Of a stretch of 32,000 nucleotides of DNA, positions 27,394 through 32,000 are shown one piece after another (the stretch's first letter is position 1; each line of letters starts with the position of its first letter). Below the pieces are notes generated by a model. It saw nothing but the letters and a program-made list of their open reading frames with translations, searched no databases and was not told the DNA's origin. Source of the stretch: Candidatus Poseidoniaceae archaeon (GTDB lineage Archaea; Thermoplasmatota; Poseidoniia; Poseidoniales; Poseidoniaceae); assembly GCA_943789275.1 (NCBI GenBank), contig CALSTM010000001.1:300001-332000 (forward strand). The letters run 5' to 3'. Both the position numbers and the translations under genes were made by a program.

Positions 27394-27403
27394 ATTTAGC
27401 GGT

Positions 27404-28222
27404 TTACCGAACCGTCGAATGAACGTGTGATGCATCAGATTCCTCGGCAGTTCGACCGATGTAGTGTGAATGCTCAGGTCCATCTTGGAGTGAGATGGAA
27501 ATATCTCCACTAAAGATCTCATCGATGTGGTACAGAACAGTGGATTCGGCGAGATGCGGCTGGTTGTTTTTTTCCGATAAATGCGTCAGAGAAATACTAC
27601 GAGTGGCCGGTGTGCAAACTTGTGCGAGAAATTCTCCAGTTTGGTCGTTTGAAAGGTGCCCCCCACGGCCGCTGATACGGTCTTTCAAAGAGAATGGATA
27701 CGGCCCATTCATCAAGCGGTTATGGTCGTAATTCGCTTCAATAGCAATATGTTCACACCCACGTACATGGGTCACAAGTTCATCGGTCCATGAGCCAAGA
27801 TCGGTAATAACTGCAGCACGTTGACCGTTATGGCTTGCGACAAAGGCCACATTGTCTGCTCCCGAATGAGGTACTGGGACAGGCAAAACCGATAAATCAT
27901 CGCTGACTTTAACCAGATCTAATGAATCAAAGTAGTGGGTGAGTTCGGGTTGAAGGCCCAATTCTTCAGCAGTACGGTGGTTGGCTTGGACTTTCATTTT
28001 CCAGCGCTTTTGGGCGACCAATGCGCCACCCCCATGATCGCCATGGTGATGGCTGATGAAGATGAAATCAATTTCAGTTGGGTGTATGTTGAGTCGAGCA
28101 AGTCGTTTTTCCAACTGTGCACCGCTAAAGCCTTGGTCAATGAGCACTTTGGCATGTTCGGTCTCGAGCAAAGTCGCATTCCCGCGACTGCCGGTTCCGA
28201 GGTGCGTGAGTACCATCGTCAT
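27404..28222 (-). CDS. MBL-fold metallo-hydrolase (YycJ/WalJ-like)
   Basis: It carries the HxHxDH motif FISHHHGDHGGG (about 28029-28058), an N-terminus TMVLTHLGTGSRGNATLLE typical of this subfamily, and GGHLSNDQ near the C-terminus. The maximal ORF start at 28282 is TTG. ATG at 28222 (or 28216) matches family N-termini better. Confidence 0.85.
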   Translation of the reverse strand: MTMVLTHLGTGSRGNATLLETEHAKVLIDQGFSGAQLEKRLARLNIHPTEIDFIFISHHHGDHGGGALVAQKRWKMKVQANHRTAEELGLQPELTHYFDSLDLVKVSDDLSVLPVPVPHSGADNVAFVASHNGQRAAVITDLGSWTDELVTHVRGCEHIAIEANYDHNRLMNGPYPFSLKDRISGRGGHLSNDQTGEFLAQVCTPATRSISLTHLSEKNNQPHLAESTVLYHIDEIFSGDISISLQDGPEHSHYIGRTAEESDASHVHSTVR

Positions 28223-28409
28223 CTCAATCGGAACCGACTGGTCGCGAGCGGCCTTTGAAGACACCGCTTGAGTTGGTTGCAATGCTGCTCTTTTTCTCGT
28301 TCAACTGACTTCTCCACTTGAATTTGAGAAAGAAAAAAGCGGCGATTCAACGGTTCATTATTCCGCGTCTGTCCGAACATCGCTCCATCATCCTCATAAG
28401 TGTCTTGAG

Positions 28410-28438
28410 AAGCATACGAACTTGCGAAGCGTATGCTT
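28410..28438. promoter_or_regulatory. 9-bp perfect inverted repeat (AAGCATACG-N11-CGTATGCTT) 18 nt upstream of the TSP3-repeat gene
   Basis: aagcatacg at 28410-28418 and cgtatgctt at 28430-28438 are exact reverse complements. The repeat lies in the 233-bp divergent region between the MBL gene and the 28456 ORF. Confidence 0.45.
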
Positions 28439-28455
28439 TGTAGGCTGGTCTCCAA

Positions 28456-31400
28456 ATGCGACGAAGTTTAACCACTCTTCTCACCACGCTTGCTGTTGTT
28501 GCAAGTTTGCTTTTCATGTCCCAATTTCCGGCTGTATCCTCGGTTTCGAACCTTCATCCGGACACAACCGACGGTTCCAAGCCTCCTTCAACGGATACCG
28601 ACGGCGATAAAATCCCAGACGTCCACGAAAACCTGTTTGAAGAATGGATGAATTGGAGTGCCGTTGACGGCCGAGCAGTTTCGATTGAAGGGATGGACAG
28701 CAACGATGCATCCGATGCATTGTTGGATCTCGACAAAGACGGGTTGAACGCCACAGAAGAATATTGTTGGCCTTATCCGGCGAATTGTACAGAACCTGGT
28801 TTCCCCCGTGGACTCACCGGTAAGGTAGACGGTGAAGGAGAGCGCTCATACCTCGACCCTCGAATCTCAGACACAGATGGCGACGGAATGCCTGATGGCT
28901 ACGAAGCTTACATGTGTGAACGTGTAGGTGGTTACAATGTCTTCACGTTCAAATACGAATGCAATACCTTTGACCCTCTCAATGCATCGGATTTGTACGA
29001 CGACCCTGATGAAGACGGGTTTGACGTCAATCGAGATGGAGTTTTATCCATCACTGAACGGTTTTCTTCACCGGAAGAATACATCCAAGGAGCACCTACA
29101 AACCACACAAACGAACTGGACGGACTTTGGTGCTCAGCCACATTACCTGAAGGGTCTGTCTTCGAAAATTGGCCGTTCATTCCAACTGGAGCCAATGCCA
29201 CATTCCAAAACTTACTTTCTGCATGTACTGAAAACGCAACCATGGTCATCGACGAAGACATTTGGCTCGGTACCGACCCGTTGCTTGCTGACTCGGACCG
29301 TTACCATTGGGACGGGTATTCTATTCGTCGCCTGTTCCCATCTTTCGGGGATGGAATCCCTGACGGTTGGGAAGTTCATTTTGGTCTTGAGCCTCTGAAT
29401 CGTACCAATGCTTTACTCGACCCAGATAACGATGGATGGGACGCCAACCGTGATGGAGGTGTGTCGCCAGACGTCAGTCGAACACGAACGGCTCTGGCTC
29501 TTGGTGAATCGCTCTCGACGCTGGAGGAATATTTCGTCCACAACGATAACGGAAACTCTGTCCTACCGGGTATGAAAACAGCCTTACTTGGTACGCAGGA
29601 TAACAGCGTCGAATACATGCCTCTCAGTTTTGATGCGCCTGCCGATGAAATGAGTTTGATTCACTATGATTTACGTGATTTAGATACTGATGATTTACAC
29701 GCTTATGCAACCACGAAATATGGCCTTACGGTCTTCGACTATGAGCAAATGGTAAGTTACGATCACTGGATGCCTGAGGGCATCGAATTGCATTCTTCAC
29801 TGCTCCTTTCGCAAGAAGACTCTCTCTTCGCACTCGCAGTTGCAACCAGCGCAGGTCTTGCCGTAGCACCGCTTCAGGCAGATGGAAATCTTGGACCTTT
29901 GAGTTCCTGGTCCTGGTCGCTTTCCGACGAACTGTTCGCGCTCACCATGCTCACCATCGACGGCCAGAACACACTTTTACTTGGATTGGGTAATGCAGGT
30001 GACGGTTCAGTGTTCGAAATTTCTTCGTCCGCTGAGATTATCGATCAATATCCAATTTCTGAGGATTTAGAGACCGCTCTGCGTCAATCCAATGCATCCG
30101 TGACTGAATTGGCCCATGGGCCCGCAGGTGGCGGAGCAAACATGCTTTTCGTAGGTACAGACCGAGGTCTGCTCACTGCAGAAACCACAACTGCTCGTGA
30201 TGAGTTCGAGCCGAGTTGGAGATTTTACTACACTCCCGAAACCACTCCCTTCCCCACTTCAATTGATGAACTCCGTTCACTCTCGTTGGGAATGGTCGCC
30301 AATCCTGCTGAAGTCCGGACGATGATTCTTGATGGGCCGAATGCAGCCAATGCTCAAGTTTTATGGTTTGGTACGCCATCTGGAGTCCACATGTTGAATT
30401 TGGTAGAGAACTCCATTTCTCACAGTGGCCTGTTGGAGCATCCCGGTGTTGAAGGCCGATATGTTCGCGAATACAACAACATTCACGCTTTGCATGTGAC
30501 CGGTGATGAAGTCTTGGTCGGTTCAATAAAAGGCATGTGGGCTATTTCTGGAGATTATTCAGCTGTTTATGGCTTCCAAGAACAAGAAACCATTTATGGT
30601 GAAATTGTGACGATACAGTCGCTGTTGATTGATGGTAACACAACAATTTTGACTGGTTCTTCTCCAGGTAAATACGCAAACATTGAGCTCATCAATCCAG
30701 GTGCGAACGATTCTGACAACGACGGAATGCCCGATGGATGGGAAGTCGCTAACGGCCTTGATCCAACCGATCCCTGGGATTCTCTGTTCGATGCAGACAG
30801 CGACGGCCTTGATCTTGACCAAGCCGAAGACGGATTCTTGGAACGACTTTGGACCAACCTTGATGAATACCGGTTTGTATCTCAATCTTTGAACGGCTAC
30901 AACTCGACCAACCCCAAAGTTGGCGACACTGACGGTGATGGATTAGGCGATGGAAGCGAATACTTCGGGTTCTTCTATGAAACATCGAACCTTTGGTGCC
31001 ACTACACTGTCCAGATGCAGTACGTCTGCGATGATGCAGCAGGACAGGCTGCCAATGCGACCTACCTTGGATTGTCAAGCACCGACCGTGGGACTGACCC
31101 GACGAATTTCGACAGTGACGGTGACGGAATGCCTGATGGCTGGGAGATTGAGCACAGGAGATGGATTGGTTCCTCGTTCACCGGCGGCAACAATTGGACA
31201 CTGGACCCCAACCGTGCTGATGATGCAAACTGGGACGCAGACAGCGATGGACTGCCTAACCTTTGCGAGTACCAATGGTCTGTCGTTCGCAGTGCAGCAG
31301 TCGACGGCTTGTTGTATGAATCTCATGGAGAATCAGTGAACTCCAGTTTGGAATGGTTTGAAGCAGACCCGAACAACATCGATTCAGATGGAGACTCTCT

Positions 31401-32000
31401 ACCTGATGGCTGGGAGTCCGGGGGCTCATGCACATGGGATCCCTCTCGACAAGGCGTAAACCCGCTCAATGCTTCAGATTTGTACCAAAACCCTGATGGC
31501 GATGGATACGATATCAACCACAATGGTATACTGGAAGAAAATGAAGCATTCGTAAACTATCTCGAATTCCACGTCCGTTCGGACTTGTTCAACGGTAACC
31601 AAACCTTCACCGGCGAGTCATTGCCTAACGGTTTTTCCACTGACTTGTTCACCAACATCAGTCTCAACGGCGCCCCTGAAGCGTCATTCGGTGACCGTGC
31701 ATCAGGCTCTGTAACCGCCCTGCAATCGGCCACAAGTGTCGGCTCTTCCAATCCTTTGAGTGCCGACTCGGACGCTGATGGAATGCCAGATGGATGGGAA
31801 GTTTGGTTTGCTCGTTGGAATATTCTTGATGATGCTTGGACCCTGAATCCTTTGGATTCTTCAGACCGTTGGCAAGACGCAGATGATGATGGAATGGCGA
31901 ACTGGGAGGAATACAATTCCATCGCTCCAGAATATTCAGAAACCGACCAAAATCGTTCCTCACCTCAATGGTTTGTAACCACGGTTGGCTCGGCTTTTGC
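28456..32000 (+). CDS. Large secreted Ca-binding protein: thrombospondin type-3-like repeats flanking a beta-propeller-like core (5' partial, runs off the window)
   Basis: This ORF is not in the supplied track. I translated it by hand. There is an in-frame TAG at 28441-28443, an ATG at 28456, and no stop through 32000 (1,181 codons). The signal peptide is MRRSLTTLLTTLAVVASLLFMSQFPAVSS. There are at least 15 D-x-D-x-D-G-type repeats, for example DTDGDGMPDGYE, DSDNDGMPDGWE, DSDGDGMPDGWE and DSDADGMPDGWE. The central region (about 29570-30700) has Reg_prop-like blades: MLFVGTDRGLLTAE, VLWFGTPSGVHMLN and EVLVGSIKGMWAISG. Confidence 0.85.
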   Translation, partial: MRRSLTTLLTTLAVVASLLFMSQFPAVSSVSNLHPDTTDGSKPPSTDTDGDKIPDVHENLFEEWMNWSAVDGRAVSIEGMDSNDASDALLDLDKDGLNATEEYCWPYPANCTEPGFPRGLTGKVDGEGERSYLDPRISDTDGDGMPDGYEAYMCERVGGYNVFTFKYECNTFDPLNASDLYDDPDEDGFDVNRDGVLSITERFSSPEEYIQGAPTNHTNELDGLWCSATLPEGSVFENWPFIPTGANATFQNLLSACTENATMVIDEDIWLGTDPLLADSDRYHWDGYSIRRLFPSFGDGIPDGWEVHFGLEPLNRTNALLDPDNDGWDANRDGGVSPDVSRTRTALALGESLSTLEEYFVHNDNGNSVLPGMKTALLGTQDNSVEYMPLSFDAPADEMSLIHYDLRDLDTDDLHAYATTKYGLTVFDYEQMVSYDHWMPEGIELHSSLLLSQEDSLFALAVATSAGLAVAPLQADGNLGPLSSWSWSLSDELFALTMLTIDGQNTLLLGLGNAGDGSVFEISSSAEIIDQYPISEDLETALRQSNASVTELAHGPAGGGANMLFVGTDRGLLTAETTTARDEFEPSWRFYYTPETTPFPTSIDELRSLSLGMVANPAEVRTMILDGPNAANAQVLWFGTPSGVHMLNLVENSISHSGLLEHPGVEGRYVREYNNIHALHVTGDEVLVGSIKGMWAISGDYSAVYGFQEQETIYGEIVTIQSLLIDGNTTILTGSSPGKYANIELINPGANDSDNDGMPDGWEVANGLDPTDPWDSLFDADSDGLDLDQAEDGFLERLWTNLDEYRFVSQSLNGYNSTNPKVGDTDGDGLGDGSEYFGFFYETSNLWCHYTVQMQYVCDDAAGQAANATYLGLSSTDRGTDPTNFDSDGDGMPDGWEIEHRRWIGSSFTGGNNWTLDPNRADDANWDADSDGLPNLCEYQWSVVRSAAVDGLLYESHGESVNSSLEWFEADPNNIDSDGDSLPDGWESGGSCTWDPSRQGVNPLNASDLYQNPDGDGYDINHNGILEENEAFVNYLEFHVRSDLFNGNQTFTGESLPNGFSTDLFTNISLNGAPEASFGDRASGSVTALQSATSVGSSNPLSADSDADGMPDGWEVWFARWNILDDAWTLNPLDSSDRWQDADDDGMANWEEYNSIAPEYSETDQNRSSPQWFVTTVGSAF

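Noticed and set aside
28422-29618. Small ORFs listed between 28422 and 31963 on both strands, for example 28422-28610 (+), 28928-29398 (+), 30173-30526 (-) and 31557-31922 (-).
   Set aside because: All overlap the continuous 1,181-codon frame that starts at 28456, which has a signal peptide and repeated TSP3 motifs. They are alternative-frame artefacts.
1-32000. CRISPR arrays, tRNA/rRNA genes, IS elements, integrases, prophage genes and toxin-antitoxin pairs.
   Set aside because: I found no regularly spaced direct repeats of CRISPR size. All intergenic gaps are at most about 233 bp, and I could see no cloverleaf-like structure in them. No transposase or integrase motifs were recognised in any long ORF.

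Overview
The window is archaeal. It encodes a CDP-archaeol synthase, an AglB/STT3 oligosaccharyltransferase and proteins with class-III (type IV pilin-like) signal peptides. Acidic, sequon-rich secreted proteins suggest a marine planktonic euryarchaeote (Poseidoniales-like), but that is only an inference. I found no rRNA, tRNA, CRISPR array, transposase or integrase. Two housekeeping genes (carS, purD) sit inside what is otherwise a cell-envelope region. The main features, in order:

- **Left end:** three membrane or surface proteins.
- **Co-directional + strand block (5.5-23.6 kb):**
  - one uninterrupted ORF of about 3,200 aa, with an AglB core between an extra polytopic N-terminal domain and a roughly 1,780-aa sequon-dense ectodomain;
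  - a membrane-anchored S8 subtilase;
  - a roughly 1,480-aa beta-helix/Ig-like surface protein;
  - a wHTH/NB-ARC-like/TPR STAND NTPase.
- **Minus strand (23.6-28.2 kb):**
  - an MBL-fold hydrolase;
  - a C(UUCG)G hairpin;
  - three translationally coupled genes that share the N-terminus L[RQ]RD[EQ]xA plus a hydrophobic helix (pilin-like; 361, 736 and 158 aa).
- **Right edge:** an ORF missing from the supplied track (28456 to the window end, more than 1,181 aa). It encodes a secreted protein with at least 15 thrombospondin-type-3-like Ca-binding repeats around a propeller-like core.

All homology calls come from motif recognition by eye. No searches were run.
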